Assembly (NCBI GenBank): GCA_965242965.1
Contig: OZ251518.1
Coordinates: forward strand, 480,001-544,000
Source of the DNA: Candidatus Poribacteria bacterium
GTDB taxonomy: Bacteria > Poribacteria > WGA-4E > WGA-3G
Reading direction: 5' to 3'
DNA length: 64,000 nt
The stretch's first letter is position 1. Every line of letters begins with the position of its first letter. Under the pieces are notes generated by a model. That model was not told the DNA's origin. It worked only from the letters and a program-made list of their open reading frames with translations, and did no database searches. Positions 31,491-43,663 of the stretch are shown here, in pieces. A program made the position numbers and the translations under genes.

Positions 31491-31787
31491 ATGATTTATC
31501 TAGCTGTTTTGGCATTTGGCGTGACCTTGGGGCTGCCAATTGCCGTGATTTTCGCATCAACCGCTCAAGGCAGAGCCACTAGCACTGCCCTTGAGGGAAT
31601 CGCCCGTCAACCCGAATCCGCTCCACGCATCCAGACCGCGATGATCATCGGTTTGGCACTCATTGAATCGCTCGTTATCTACGCGCTGTTGATGTTCTTC
31701 ATCCTGCAGGCGAAACTCCCCGAAGGCGACATGTTAAAGCAGATGATTCAATCTGATGCACAACGTGTCACAACGCAACAGCGGTAA
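31491..31787 (+). CDS. atpE: ATP synthase F0 subunit c
   Basis: RBS aaggagg; IARQPE loop; ALIESLVIYALL. Confidence 0.95.
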   Translation: MIYLAVLAFGVTLGLPIAVIFASTAQGRATSTALEGIARQPESAPRIQTAMIIGLALIESLVIYALLMFFILQAKLPEGDMLKQMIQSDAQRVTTQQR

Positions 31788-31815
31788 GTTAACGGCAGAC
31801 CACGGGATACGAACG

Positions 31816-32460
31816 ATGGTAACAAAAATCTACCGAATCATGCGCTGTTCGTGCAAGCCGCTTCGGCTAGCGGTGTGTCTCATGCTGATAGGTTTCGCAG
31901 CAGCGAACGTGTTTGCTGCTGACGAAACCGCGGCCGATGGAGGAGGGCTCTTGGCCCTCATTGGAATCGATCCGCAGACGATTATCATCCAAGTCATCGG
32001 TTTCCTTGTCGTCCTCGGGGTGCTCTGGAAGTTTGTGTTCGGCAAAGTCGGCGGGCTTCTGGACGAACGCCGCAACGAAATTGCGCAGCAATCTGCACAA
32101 TTGCAGGCGGACCGGGAGGAGTTGGACCGGCTCACTGCGGAGACGCGCCAACGCTTAAGTGATATTGAAACCGAGGCGCAAGCGAAGATTCAAGCCGCCG
32201 TGGAGCAGGGGAATGCGGAACGCCAGCAGATTCTGGTGCAAGCACGCCAAGAGGCCGCGGACGAAGTGGAACGAGCCCGCGCGGAAATCCAACGGGAAAA
32301 GGACGAGGCTATCTCAGAACTGCGAGGTGTTGTCGCAGAACTCGCCATTGATGCCGCCGGTAAAATTATCAGTGCGGAACTCAATGCCGATAGACACCAG
32401 CAGATTATTGATGCCTCGATGCGTCGGTTGCCCGAGCGAGATACGAACAGGCGGGTGTGA
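31816..32460 (+). CDS. atpF: ATP synthase F0 subunit b with N-terminal extension
   Basis: IIIQVIGFLVVLGVLWKF...LDERR followed by a long coiled coil; start uncertain. Confidence 0.9.
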   Translation: MVTKIYRIMRCSCKPLRLAVCLMLIGFAAANVFAADETAADGGGLLALIGIDPQTIIIQVIGFLVVLGVLWKFVFGKVGGLLDERRNEIAQQSAQLQADREELDRLTAETRQRLSDIETEAQAKIQAAVEQGNAERQQILVQARQEAADEVERARAEIQREKDEAISELRGVVAELAIDAAGKIISAELNADRHQQIIDASMRRLPERDTNRRV

Positions 32461-32511
32461 TGAAAAAGTGAGGCGCGGTTTTATACCGCGCCTCTGAATG
32501 AGAGGCATAAG

Positions 32512-33051
32512 ATGAGAGATATTCGGGTTGCGAAACCTTACGCGCGCGCACTCTATGATGCCGCCGTTGAACAGAACGCCTTGCCCGCCGTTGTCGCGGA
32601 TGTGCGCGCTCTGAAACAGACGACAGAGCAGTCTCAAGAATTCGCGCAGTTCCTCAGCAGCCCCATCCTGTCACCGCAAATCAAAAGCGAAACGTTTCAA
32701 AACCTTTTTGACGATAGCGTGCATCCGCTGACGCTGAATTTCCTGCGTCTGCTGGCGTTGAAACAGCGGGAACGTCACCTGCTTGCGATAGGCGAGGTGC
32801 TACTGGAAATTGTCGATGAAGCCGCCGGCCGGCTCGTCGCGAAAGTGACAACGGCTGTCTCGATGACAGAGGCGCAGCAGGAGCTGCTCGCGCAACAATT
32901 GAGCGTGTACTCGGGGAAAGAGGTGCGGCTTGAAACGACGATTGACCCGGGGATTCAAGGCGGCTTCATTGTGCAGCTCAACGACACCGTTTTTGATGCA
33001 AGCGTTGCAACACAACTCCGCCGTTTGAAGCGGCAGCTTGCAAAGGGGTAA
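32512..33051 (+). CDS. atpH: ATP synthase F1 subunit delta
   Basis: [32 protein letters not shown]. Confidence 0.94.
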   Translation: MRDIRVAKPYARALYDAAVEQNALPAVVADVRALKQTTEQSQEFAQFLSSPILSPQIKSETFQNLFDDSVHPLTLNFLRLLALKQRERHLLAIGEVLLEIVDEAAGRLVAKVTTAVSMTEAQQELLAQQLSVYSGKEVRLETTIDPGIQGGFIVQLNDTVFDASVATQLRRLKRQLAKG

Positions 33052-33071
33052 CAACTGGGAGAATTGCAAAT

Positions 33072-34595
33072 ATGGCACGAGAAGTCAGACCGGACGAAAT
33101 ATCAAATATCCTCAAACAGCAGCTCGTCCAGTTTGAACAAGACGTAGATGTCTACGATGCTGGCACGGTGTTGGAAGTCGGCGATGGTATCGCCCGCGTG
33201 CATGGCCTCGCGAACGCTATGGCGAGCGAGATGATCGAATTTCCAAACGACATTTACGGCATTGCTTTTAACTTGGAGGAAGATAACGTCGGGTGCGTCT
33301 TGTTTGGCGAAGACCAGCTCATTCACGAAGGTGATGTCGCCAAGCGCACCGGACGGCTACCGGAAGTCCCTGTCGGCGAGGCACTCCTCGGACGGATTGT
33401 CGATGCCCTCGGGCAGCCGATTGATGGCCTCGGCGAGATTCAGACAGACGAGACGCTGCCGGTCGAACGGAAAGGCTATGGCATCGTTCAACGGCAACCT
33501 GTCAGCGAACCGCTCTACACGGGACTCAAAGCAATTGATAGTTTGACACCTATCGGGAGAGGACAGCGGGAGCTCATCATTGGCGACAGGCGGACAGGCA
33601 AAACTGCCATCGCGTTAGACACGATTCTGAGCCAGAAGGATACCGATGTTTACTGCATTTATGTCGCTATTGGCCAGAAAGGTTCAACGTTGGCGCAGGT
33701 TGCCAGCACGCTTCGGGAGCATAACGCGCTGGAATATACCACCATCGTTTCTGCGCAGGCGAGCGCGCCTTCACCGTTGCAGTATCTCGCGCCGTATTCC
33801 GGCACGGCGATGGGCGAATACTTCATGGATAACGGGAAGCACGCCTTAATCATCTACGATGATTTGACGAAGCACGCTTGGGCATATCGGCAGATGTCAT
33901 TGCTCTCACGCCGTCCGCCGGGGCGCGAGGCGTATCCGGGTGATGTTTTCTATCTGCATTCACGGCTCTTGGAGCGCGCCGCGAAGTTGAGCGATGCATT
34001 GGGAGGCGGCTCCCTCACCGCGCTGCCGATTATTGAAATCTTTGAAGGCGATTTGACGACTTACATCCCGACGAACGTCATTTCTATCACCGATGGACAG
34101 ATTTACCTCACCACGGATCTCTTTAACCAAGGTGTGAGGCCGGCGATTGATGTCGGCACGTCTGTTTCCCGTGTCGGTGGGGATGCGCAAGTGAAAGCGA
34201 TGAAATCGGATGAGGTGGCTGGCACGTTGAAACTCGATCTTGCGAGTTTCCGCGAAGTCGCCGCGTTCGCGCAGTTTGGCTCAGATTTAGATGCCTCTAC
34301 GCAGTCCCTGCTTCGGCGCGGTTCGCGGCTCGTTGAGTTGCTCAAACAGCCGCAATATGCACCGATGCCGGTCCAACGCGAAGTCGCCTCAATTTTCTGT
34401 GGCACGAACGGCTATCTTGACGATGTACCGGAAGAGGAAGTTGAGGGGTTTGAGACAGATTTCCTTCAGTATCTGGACAGGAATCACGGTGAGATGCTCA
34501 CGGAGATTTCCGATACCGGCTCACTCAGCGATGAGGTGCTTGAAGGGTTGCACGCCGCTGTCAAAACGTTCAAGCAGAACCGCGCGACGGCATAG
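33072..34595 (+). CDS. atpA: ATP synthase F1 subunit alpha
   Basis: [49 protein letters not shown]. Confidence 0.98.
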   Translation: MAREVRPDEISNILKQQLVQFEQDVDVYDAGTVLEVGDGIARVHGLANAMASEMIEFPNDIYGIAFNLEEDNVGCVLFGEDQLIHEGDVAKRTGRLPEVPVGEALLGRIVDALGQPIDGLGEIQTDETLPVERKGYGIVQRQPVSEPLYTGLKAIDSLTPIGRGQRELIIGDRRTGKTAIALDTILSQKDTDVYCIYVAIGQKGSTLAQVASTLREHNALEYTTIVSAQASAPSPLQYLAPYSGTAMGEYFMDNGKHALIIYDDLTKHAWAYRQMSLLSRRPPGREAYPGDVFYLHSRLLERAAKLSDALGGGSLTALPIIEIFEGDLTTYIPTNVISITDGQIYLTTDLFNQGVRPAIDVGTSVSRVGGDAQVKAMKSDEVAGTLKLDLASFREVAAFAQFGSDLDASTQSLLRRGSRLVELLKQPQYAPMPVQREVASIFCGTNGYLDDVPEEEVEGFETDFLQYLDRNHGEMLTEISDTGSLSDEVLEGLHAAVKTFKQNRATA

Positions 34596-34712
34596 TAGCC
34601 TGAGCACCGGCGGTAGTGCTTCAGAACCGCGGCTACCAAACGCAGTGAGGCGTGCAATGTTAATAGAAGGAGTGTGGGGTGAGGCTTTGTGCTTCTGCCC
34701 ACATCGGTGATT

Positions 34713-35579
34713 ATGGCAACTCTACGTGAAATTCGGCGGCGCATCGCGAGTATTACGAACATCTCACAAGTCACGGATGCGATGCGCGTTGTTGCGGCGG
34801 CGCGCCTCCGCCGCGCACAAGAGAACATCACAGCGACGCGTCCCTACGCCGAGAAATTAGATACCATTTTGGGACATCTTATCTCGCAAATCGAGAACCC
34901 GACGCATCCTTTGCTGGAACGGCGCGAAGTGAAACACGTCTGTCTCATTTCGGTTTCGGGTGATAGAGGCTTGTGCGGCAGTTTCAACAGCAACGTCATC
35001 CGCACGACAACGCAGCGCGCGCAGCATTATCAGGCGAACGGCGCGGACGTGACGCTCATCTGCATCGGCAGACGGACGCACGAGCATTTTTCTCGGCGCG
35101 GCTACGATATTACGGACGCGTATGTCAACATCTTTCGGCAGTTGGAATTTCAGACTGCAGTTGATGTCGTCCACGAGTTTGAACAACTCTACGTTGACAA
35201 GCAGATCGACCGGGTTGAGGTGATTTACAACAACTTCAAGTCGGCGATTCTCCAGACGGTGTTGGTGGAGCAACTGCTCCCATTAGTGCCTGAGGAGCCT
35301 GAAGGAGACGAACTCTTTTTGGACTATGTCTATGAACCGGGACAGGAGGCACTTTTTGAGATGCTGCTCAGCCAAGATCTGAACATGCAGATGTGGAAGG
35401 TGCTTTTGGATTCCAATGCTGCGGAGCAGGCAGCGCGGATGGCGGCTATGGAGAATGCGACGCAGAAGGCAAAGGAGTTGATTGACGAACTCATCCTGCA
35501 GCGCAACCGGGCGCGTCAAACGCAAATCACAACCGAAATCTCCGAGATTGTCAGTGGTGCGGCCGCGTTGGAGGGATAA
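34713..35579 (+). CDS. atpG: ATP synthase F1 subunit gamma
   Basis: MATLREIRRRI, DRGLCGSFN, NRARQTQITTEISEIVSGA. Confidence 0.97.
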   Translation: MATLREIRRRIASITNISQVTDAMRVVAAARLRRAQENITATRPYAEKLDTILGHLISQIENPTHPLLERREVKHVCLISVSGDRGLCGSFNSNVIRTTTQRAQHYQANGADVTLICIGRRTHEHFSRRGYDITDAYVNIFRQLEFQTAVDVVHEFEQLYVDKQIDRVEVIYNNFKSAILQTVLVEQLLPLVPEEPEGDELFLDYVYEPGQEALFEMLLSQDLNMQMWKVLLDSNAAEQAARMAAMENATQKAKELIDELILQRNRARQTQITTEISEIVSGAAALEG

Positions 35580-35695
35580 TAAGTTTCTGTCTTCAGCAAC
35601 GCTGCAGTGGAAACATCATTTCAGTAACGGTGTTAGGACGAGAGATATGCTCGTCCCAACAAGGTGTATCAAACGCTGTGCGCTAATACGAAAAA

Positions 35696-37643
<1,948 letters not shown>

Positions 37644-37651
37644 AAATCACT

Positions 37652-38059
37652 ATGTTAAACCGAAGTTTTCACCTTGAAATTCGCACGCCAGAGAAGTTGA
37701 TTTACGAAGGGGAGGTTACGAGTGTCCGCGCGCCGGGTGTTGAGGGTAACTTCGAGATCCTCGCTGGGCACATCCCTTTCCTGACAGCTCTGGAAATCGG
37801 CGAGATTCGTATCCGTGAGGGAGATACCCCGCAGTTGCTCGCGACGAGCGGTGGCGTGTTTGAGGTGCTCCGTACCGGTGTTACGGCGTTGGTTGAGACA
37901 GCTGAGTGGGCATCAGAAATTGATGTCTCACGTGCAGAAACTGCGCTGTCGCGCGCGCAGGCGTATCTGGCCGCAAATGCCCCGGATCTAAATGTTCCGC
38001 GTGCATCGGCGGCGCGTGCCCGCGCGGAGAACCGGATTCGGGTTGCGAGCAACCTGTAG
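37652..38059 (+). CDS. atpC: ATP synthase F1 subunit epsilon
   Basis: LEIRTPEK, PGVEGNFEILAGH, ARARAENR. Confidence 0.94.
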   Translation: MLNRSFHLEIRTPEKLIYEGEVTSVRAPGVEGNFEILAGHIPFLTALEIGEIRIREGDTPQLLATSGGVFEVLRTGVTALVETAEWASEIDVSRAETALSRAQAYLAANAPDLNVPRASAARARAENRIRVASNL

Positions 38060-38127
38060 TATCGTCTGAATTTACCGGTAGGCACACTGACAAAGCGCGC
38101 CTCCGGATATGTTAGGGGGGCATATCG

Positions 38128-38700
38128 ATGGCATCTGTTGCAGCGCAGACCTTGGTAACGCCAGAGGAATATCTTGTTTTTGAACGCAAGGCCGAATTCA
38201 AAAGCGAGTTCTTCAATGGAGAGATTATTGAAATGCCAGGAGCAAGTAACGCGCATAACCTGATTACTGTGAATACTATCAACGGGATTTACAACCAAGT
38301 GGTAGAACAGGGATGCCGAGTTTACGGCAGCGATATGCGCGTCGGAACAAGTCCCGTGACATCTTACCTCTACCCGGATGTCTCCGTTGTTTGCGATGAA
38401 CCACGTTTTGAGGATGATGTCTTTGATACCCTCATCAATCCTCTTGTTCTAGTAGAGGTGCTTTCGCCCTCAACCGAAGCGCGGGACCGAGGTGAAAAAT
38501 TCGCCTACTACCGGCAGTTGGAATCTGTGCAAGAATACATCCTCATTTCACAGGACCGGGTTCGGGTTGAGCACTATCTTCGCCAGGGGGAAAAGTGGGT
38601 TTTTGAGGAATTGCGGGAATTCACGGATGTGCTTCGTGTCGTTTCGATTGCCTGTGAGTTGCCGTTGCAGCATATCTATCGCTTGGTTGAGTTTGCGTGA
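38128..38700 (+). CDS. Uma2 family (DUF820) putative endonuclease
   Basis: TPEEYL.FER, KSEFFNGEI, YPDVSVVC, VEVLSPST..RDRGEKF..Y, EYILISQD. Confidence 0.92.
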   Translation: MASVAAQTLVTPEEYLVFERKAEFKSEFFNGEIIEMPGASNAHNLITVNTINGIYNQVVEQGCRVYGSDMRVGTSPVTSYLYPDVSVVCDEPRFEDDVFDTLINPLVLVEVLSPSTEARDRGEKFAYYRQLESVQEYILISQDRVRVEHYLRQGEKWVFEELREFTDVLRVVSIACELPLQHIYRLVEFA

Positions 38701-38815
38701 GGATGCGTCTCGGTAATTTTGAAAGCGTTCCCGCCTTTTGTGAAGCGCGCCCACGGAACGTTGCGCGGGGGCCTGTCCCCTCGCAACGTTATTACATACG
38801 CGAGAGTTTTGATTC

Positions 38816-39023
38816 GCCGCTGTTGTGTTTTTTCACAACGGCGGCTTTTTTGTTGCGCGGTTTTTTTTTGCACTATCTCGCCTTTTTCGGAGAATTTTAA
38901 TAGAATTGTGTTTTTTTTCGGCAAAAAAGGAAAAAAAGTGGCAAAGGGCCTTAATTTTTTGGCAGCCGAGGGTATAATTAGAGTTAAGCGAACGTGGTAG
39001 GTATGATGCCTCGAAAATCCAAA
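38816..39023 (+). promoter_or_regulatory. Terminator-plus-promoter cassette, copy 1
   Basis: Hairpin gccgctgttgtg...cacaacggcggc plus T-run, then A/T tracts, ccttaatttt, tataat (38973-78), aggtatgatgcctcgaaaatccaaa; near-duplicate at 40778-40966. Confidence 0.8.
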
Positions 39024-39081
39024 GGGTTTGGATATCCGAAACGGGGCATCGCCTTCCACTCTTCCTTGAAGGAGAAGAAAA

Positions 39082-39588
39082 ATGTTTAGGAAATTGTTCA
39101 GTTCCCCATACATGGGGACTAAGAGTGGCGCATGGACAGTGCGTCTATCGGTAATCGGTTTGCTGGCACTGATGTGTCTTTTCACCGTGCCATCCGATGT
39201 GTATGCGATATCGGATTCCCGCTGGATAGGCGGTGTCTACGGTTCTGTAGAGTTGTGGGGCATCGGCTACAGCCGGCCGTATACGCGGAGTTCGCACTAC
39301 CTCACCGTATCGAACGAGAGTCGGTTCCTCGCCCGGTATGACTACGAGTTCAAGCACGCCATCCTGGAAACAGGCGACGAGAACACGAAAGTCAAACGGG
39401 ATCTGCGGCTCCGTGCCGGGGGCGTGTATATGGAGCCGAGTTACGGACGGCGCCTCAATCTCAACAGAATCCCGGAGTTAGAGCCAGGCGATCGGTTTAC
39501 GCTCTCGGCCTATACCCGCGTTGCGATTCGGGCACGCGGTGCCCGCGGTGGCTGGAAAGTGGAAATCAAGCGGCGTTTCCAGAAATAA
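39082..39588 (+). CDS. Hypothetical secreted basic protein
   Basis: RBS aaggag; hydrophobic signal-like segment ending VYA; C-terminus paralogous to the remnant at 41684-41793. Confidence 0.7.
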   Translation: MFRKLFSSPYMGTKSGAWTVRLSVIGLLALMCLFTVPSDVYAISDSRWIGGVYGSVELWGIGYSRPYTRSSHYLTVSNESRFLARYDYEFKHAILETGDENTKVKRDLRLRAGGVYMEPSYGRRLNLNRIPELEPGDRFTLSAYTRVAIRARGARGGWKVEIKRRFQK

Positions 39589-39658
39589 CTCTACCGCAGT
39601 GTGCCGTGCGCCGGATAGGCGTGCGGCACGCTATTTCTTAAAAGCGAGGAGAATCACC

Positions 39659-40729
39659 ATGCGTATTCAGAGCCTTTCCCTCAACATTGCGGCTGCCAAT
39701 ATACTCTTTGTGTTGATAGCGGCAGTTGCCTCGGCCGAAATTGTCTTCATCTCGGATCGCGATGGCAGCATTGACATCTACGAAAGCGACATCTACGTCA
39801 TGGACGATGAGGGCAGACGCGTCCGGCGGATCACGAACGATTTGCTCTATAAGAGTCGCCCGCGCTGGTCTCCCGATGGCGCACAAATTACTTTTTCTGC
39901 AGACCTAAATTCAGCGGTCCCGGAACAGGGGCAAGATATAGACGGATTCCTTATGAATGCAGATGGGACAAGATTGCAAAACTTGACACAACATCCCGCA
40001 CTAGATGGGGGTGGTGCTTGGTCTCCTGATGGACGCAGCCTGGCTTTTGTCAGCGATCGAAGCGGCGATTTTGAAATTCACGTGATGGATATCGCCACCG
40101 GTGCCGTGACACAACTGACAGACAGCACCGCGGTGGGCGGCTATGCCACGGGGCCCGCCTGGTCGCCCGATGGACAGCAGATTGCTTACCAAATGTCGCT
40201 GCCAGGACAAGGCCGGCACATCTATCTCATGGATGCTACCGGGAAACGTAACCGGCCCCTTGTCAAGCAATTAGTCCCAGCCGTGCTCGGGAAAACTTTC
40301 ATGAGTCATCACCCACGGTGGTCACCGGCAGGTGAATACTTGCTGTATAATGAGCGAGAGTTTGATGTCGGCCCCGACATGTTTAAGCGGGTCGCGAATC
40401 GTGTGATTATCCGTCGGCGGGATGGTTCGCAGCCGCGGGTGTTGGCGATACCGGCGACATGGCGTGTGGCTGACGTATGCTGGGCGGCAGATGGCACGGC
40501 GGTGCTTTTTTCTGGGATAGAAAATGGGTTGGTAGATTACGAGAGTGGGAACTACGAGATTTATCGCTATGAGTTAGCTAGTCGGCAGATAACAAATCTC
40601 ACCCATCATCCCAGTAACGACTGGGCACCGGACTGGTCTCCCCACCTTTTGTCTGTTTCCTCAGCCGGGAAATTAACCACGCAGTGGGCACGGATAAAGG
40701 CGAAAAGTGTGCCGAGTGAGTCCTTTTAG
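39659..40729 (+). CDS. TolB-like (PD40) beta-propeller protein 1, secreted
   Basis: Signal peptide ending ASA; repeated WSPDG motifs; tail LSVSSAGKLTTQWARIK. Confidence 0.88.
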   Translation: MRIQSLSLNIAAANILFVLIAAVASAEIVFISDRDGSIDIYESDIYVMDDEGRRVRRITNDLLYKSRPRWSPDGAQITFSADLNSAVPEQGQDIDGFLMNADGTRLQNLTQHPALDGGGAWSPDGRSLAFVSDRSGDFEIHVMDIATGAVTQLTDSTAVGGYATGPAWSPDGQQIAYQMSLPGQGRHIYLMDATGKRNRPLVKQLVPAVLGKTFMSHHPRWSPAGEYLLYNEREFDVGPDMFKRVANRVIIRRRDGSQPRVLAIPATWRVADVCWAADGTAVLFSGIENGLVDYESGNYEIYRYELASRQITNLTHHPSNDWAPDWSPHLLSVSSAGKLTTQWARIKAKSVPSESF

Positions 40730-40777
40730 CGCGGCAGGTTTCACTAGGGCAGTCACCATCGGCTTAACTCTCCCGCA

Positions 40778-40966
40778 GCCGCTGTTGTGTTTTTTCACAA
40801 CGGCGGCTTTTTCCACTGTCTCGCCTTTTTCGGCGAATTTTGACAGAATTGTGCTTTTTTCGGCAAAAAAGTAAAAAAAGTGGCAATGGGCCTTAATTTT
40901 TTTCGCATCCGAGGGTATAATTAAAATTAAGCGAACGTGGGAGGTATGATGCCTCGAAAATCCAAA
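40778..40966 (+). promoter_or_regulatory. Terminator-plus-promoter cassette, copy 2
   Basis: Near-identical to 38816-39023; tataat at 40916-21. Confidence 0.8.
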
Positions 40967-41044
40967 AGTAGAGATAAGAGGGCCCTGGACAACCGGGGCC
41001 CACTGCCGCTGCTACTGGACACAATCCTAAAAAGGAGTGAAAAA

Positions 41045-41683
41045 ATGCGGAACATCATTTTGCCGGCTATCATTCTCGTCCTGCTGATAGCCGGGTTTCA
41101 GTTCTACTTTGAGGTGGCGAAAAGGGATTTTGAGAGGAGCCTGCCTCAAGCACCAGAGCCGGTTGAACAGCAGAATGCGGATGCGCCTTCTGAATCTCTG
41201 GACGTGGAAGAGGCTACAGAGACAGGACTGGAGGAAGGGACGGCTGCAGTTGCTGCGCCCTCCGTGCAGACGCATGTCCCTGAGGATGATGCTGCTGTTG
41301 ACGTTGATTGGCGAGAGGATAATACACAGGACTCCCTCCTCCATGAAGTGGATCCGTGGCATCAAATCCACTCACAAGAATCGGAAGAGGGAGCAGAAGG
41401 CACACCGCCAAAAGTTCGGTGGTTTGAGATTGCCGATCCGTATGAGCGAGCAGCGGCGAATCGCGCGCAACTCATCCAGCAGTTTGGCGATATCCCCGAA
41501 GTGCATACGCATGTAGATATAGATCTGAAATTGCAATTGGGGATGTTCGTCACCCTTGACGAAGAGATAGCCCTCTATGAGGCAACTTACTCTCTGTGGC
41601 CTCATGAAGAGACGCTCAAATCTCTTAAGAGGGCAAGGGCTGATAAGGCAGCCGCATCGCGAGCGCGGACATTTTCGCACTGA
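41045..41683 (+). CDS. Hypothetical membrane-anchored/exported protein
   Basis: RBS aaggag; N-terminal hydrophobic helix, acidic linker, helical domain LIQQFGDIPEVHT shared with the 46642 protein. Confidence 0.75.
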   Translation: MRNIILPAIILVLLIAGFQFYFEVAKRDFERSLPQAPEPVEQQNADAPSESLDVEEATETGLEEGTAAVAAPSVQTHVPEDDAAVDVDWREDNTQDSLLHEVDPWHQIHSQESEEGAEGTPPKVRWFEIADPYERAAANRAQLIQQFGDIPEVHTHVDIDLKLQLGMFVTLDEEIALYEATYSLWPHEETLKSLKRARADKAAASRARTFSH

Positions 41684-41793
41684 TGAAGAGAGATGCTCGG
41701 CTTTGTCCGCGCACGCCTTAACGGCACCTCAATCTCAACACCATCCCTGAGCTAGACTGGAAAGTGGAAATCAAGCGTAAGTTTCGTAAGTAA
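41684..41793 (+). pseudogene. Deleted remnant of a paralog of the 39082 gene
   Basis: Encodes RHLNLNTIPELD-WKVEIKRKFRK*, versus RRLNLNRIPELE...WKVEIKRRFQK* in the intact gene. Confidence 0.75.
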
Positions 41794-41795
41794 CT

Positions 41796-42448
41796 GAGGG
41801 TGTTTCATAAATCGCTCGACATCGCGGTGACATGCCCCGCGCTACGGTGAAAAATGGGGAATTGCCGATGGGCGGGCCCTCCCGATCTCAATACCAGCCG
41901 GGTAGGAGAGACCTCCCGGTCTCGATGTCTTCGGGTAGGAGAGACCTCCTGGTCCCGATGTTCCCGTAGCACGGGGGCCTGTCCCCCGCGATGGCTCAAG
42001 CACGTTTTTTTATCGTAGCGCGGGGGCCTGTCCCCCGCGATCGCTATCGTCAAGGTATGTTTTTAGGTCCTTTAGGACATGTCTATAGAAAAACGTGCTA
42101 GCCCGTTTTCAAGGTCTTTTAGGAACTTAATAAAAACACGCGCCGCAGGGAAAAGCATATTAAGGACCTAAAGGACCTTAGCATTCTTCGCGTCTACGCG
42201 GGCTATAGACATTCAGGTCCTACAGACCTGAAGAGAGCAAGAGACGTTTTTTGCGTAGCGCGAACGCTGGCGAGGGACAGGCCCTCGCCCTACGATGAAG
42301 GGGGGCTTTCTGCCGCCGCTGCCCCAGTAGGCGCGACGACAGGAAGAAGGCAGAAATCGAGACCAGGAGGTCTCTCCTACAGGGAAAACGGAATCATTCA
42401 AGGTGCCACGAAATCATTTTTGACAACAACGAGTTATGAAACATCCTC
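41796..42448. mobile_element. MITE-like element with 15-bp TIRs, 8-bp TSD and REP/R3 cargo
   Basis: Left GAGGGTGTTTCATAA, right TTATGAAACATCCTC; AAGTAACT duplicated at 41788-95 and 42449-56; no transposase. Confidence 0.85.
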
Positions 42449-42516
42449 AAGTAACTCACTCAGTCTGCCCGCGCCAATTTGGCGCGAGGCACACTTTTCT
42501 TAGAAGGAGCGTTGTC

Positions 42517-43620
42517 ATGCGAATGCACAAACGTTTGGCAAAGACAGCGGCTGTCGTTATCCTCTGGGTAGGTATTGCGGCAGTTGCCTCAGCAGACATT
42601 GTCTTCCAATCCGACCGGGATGGGCAGTTTAACATTTACGTGATGAAGGATGATGGCAGCCATGTCCGCCGGTTAACGGACGCTCCGTTTTATGATTATG
42701 CGCCTACCTGGTCTCCCGATGGTAGGCACATCGCTTTCGTGCGAGATATGCATTGGGGCGGTGCAGGAAAGGGGCAACAGGATGACATCTTCCTGATGAA
42801 TGCTGATGGCACGCAGCTGCGGAATCTCACGCAACATCCCAAGTATGATGGAGGTGTGACTTGGGCACCGGATGGAAAGCACCTTGCGTTTGCGAGTGGG
42901 CGGAGTGGAGAGACAGAGATACATATCATGGAACTCGCCACGGGGGCCGTGGAACAACTCACGGACAACTCGAAGGAGGGCGGCTTTTCCGCTGCGCCGA
43001 GTTGGTCGCCAGATGGGCACCACATCGCCTATGAACAGGTGATACCGGGAGGTGGGCGGCACATCTATCTCATGGATGCTGATGGCAAGAATGCTAGACC
43101 TTTGCTCAAGGGTCCTCAACCCCATCTCATCGGAGAACACTTGAGGCAGCGCGGTTTTCCTCGCTGGTCCCCAGATGGACAACATATTCTGTATGTTGAA
43201 TATGAACTGCGTTTTGTGCCGGGCAAAATTATCCGCATGGCGAACCGTCTGATTGTAGTTGGCAAAAACGGCAGACGGCCGAAGAACCTAGGGATTCCAA
43301 AAAACTGGGACATAGGAGATGCCTGTTGGACAGCGGATGGCAAGGCGATTCTTTTTCCCGCGGTGAAAAACGGATTAACGCAACCTGTCCGCGGCAAGTT
43401 TGACATTTACCGGTATCAGCTGACGAGTGGGCAGTTGACGAATCTCACCCAGCATCCCGGGGACGACTATTTTCAGGACTGGATCTCGCCCCACCGTTTG
43501 TCCGTTTCTGCTACTGGGAAATTAACCCTGCGATGGGCACAGATTAAGGTGAGGTATGCAGAGAGAGGTCCTTTTTCGCGCGTGCAGGCTACCCAAAGCG
43601 TCCAGTCTCCGCATCCCTAA
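42517..43620 (+). CDS. TolB-like (PD40) beta-propeller protein 2, secreted
   Basis: RBS aaggag; signal ending VASA; WSPDG repeats; tail LSVSATGKLTLRWAQIK. Confidence 0.88.
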   Translation: MRMHKRLAKTAAVVILWVGIAAVASADIVFQSDRDGQFNIYVMKDDGSHVRRLTDAPFYDYAPTWSPDGRHIAFVRDMHWGGAGKGQQDDIFLMNADGTQLRNLTQHPKYDGGVTWAPDGKHLAFASGRSGETEIHIMELATGAVEQLTDNSKEGGFSAAPSWSPDGHHIAYEQVIPGGGRHIYLMDADGKNARPLLKGPQPHLIGEHLRQRGFPRWSPDGQHILYVEYELRFVPGKIIRMANRLIVVGKNGRRPKNLGIPKNWDIGDACWTADGKAILFPAVKNGLTQPVRGKFDIYRYQLTSGQLTNLTQHPGDDYFQDWISPHRLSVSATGKLTLRWAQIKVRYAERGPFSRVQATQSVQSPHP

Positions 43621-43626
43621 GTTTAT

Positions 43627-43663
43627 GCCGCTGGCGTGGTTTTCCACGCCAGCGGCTTTTTTG
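43627..43663 (+). terminator. Intrinsic terminator
   Basis: gccgctggcgtgg-tttt-ccacgccagcggc followed by tttttt. Confidence 0.8.

Noticed and set aside
42060-42240. CRISPR-like mini array in R3
   Set aside because: Repeats are short, degenerate and alternate in form, and the whole block recurs as a dispersed element
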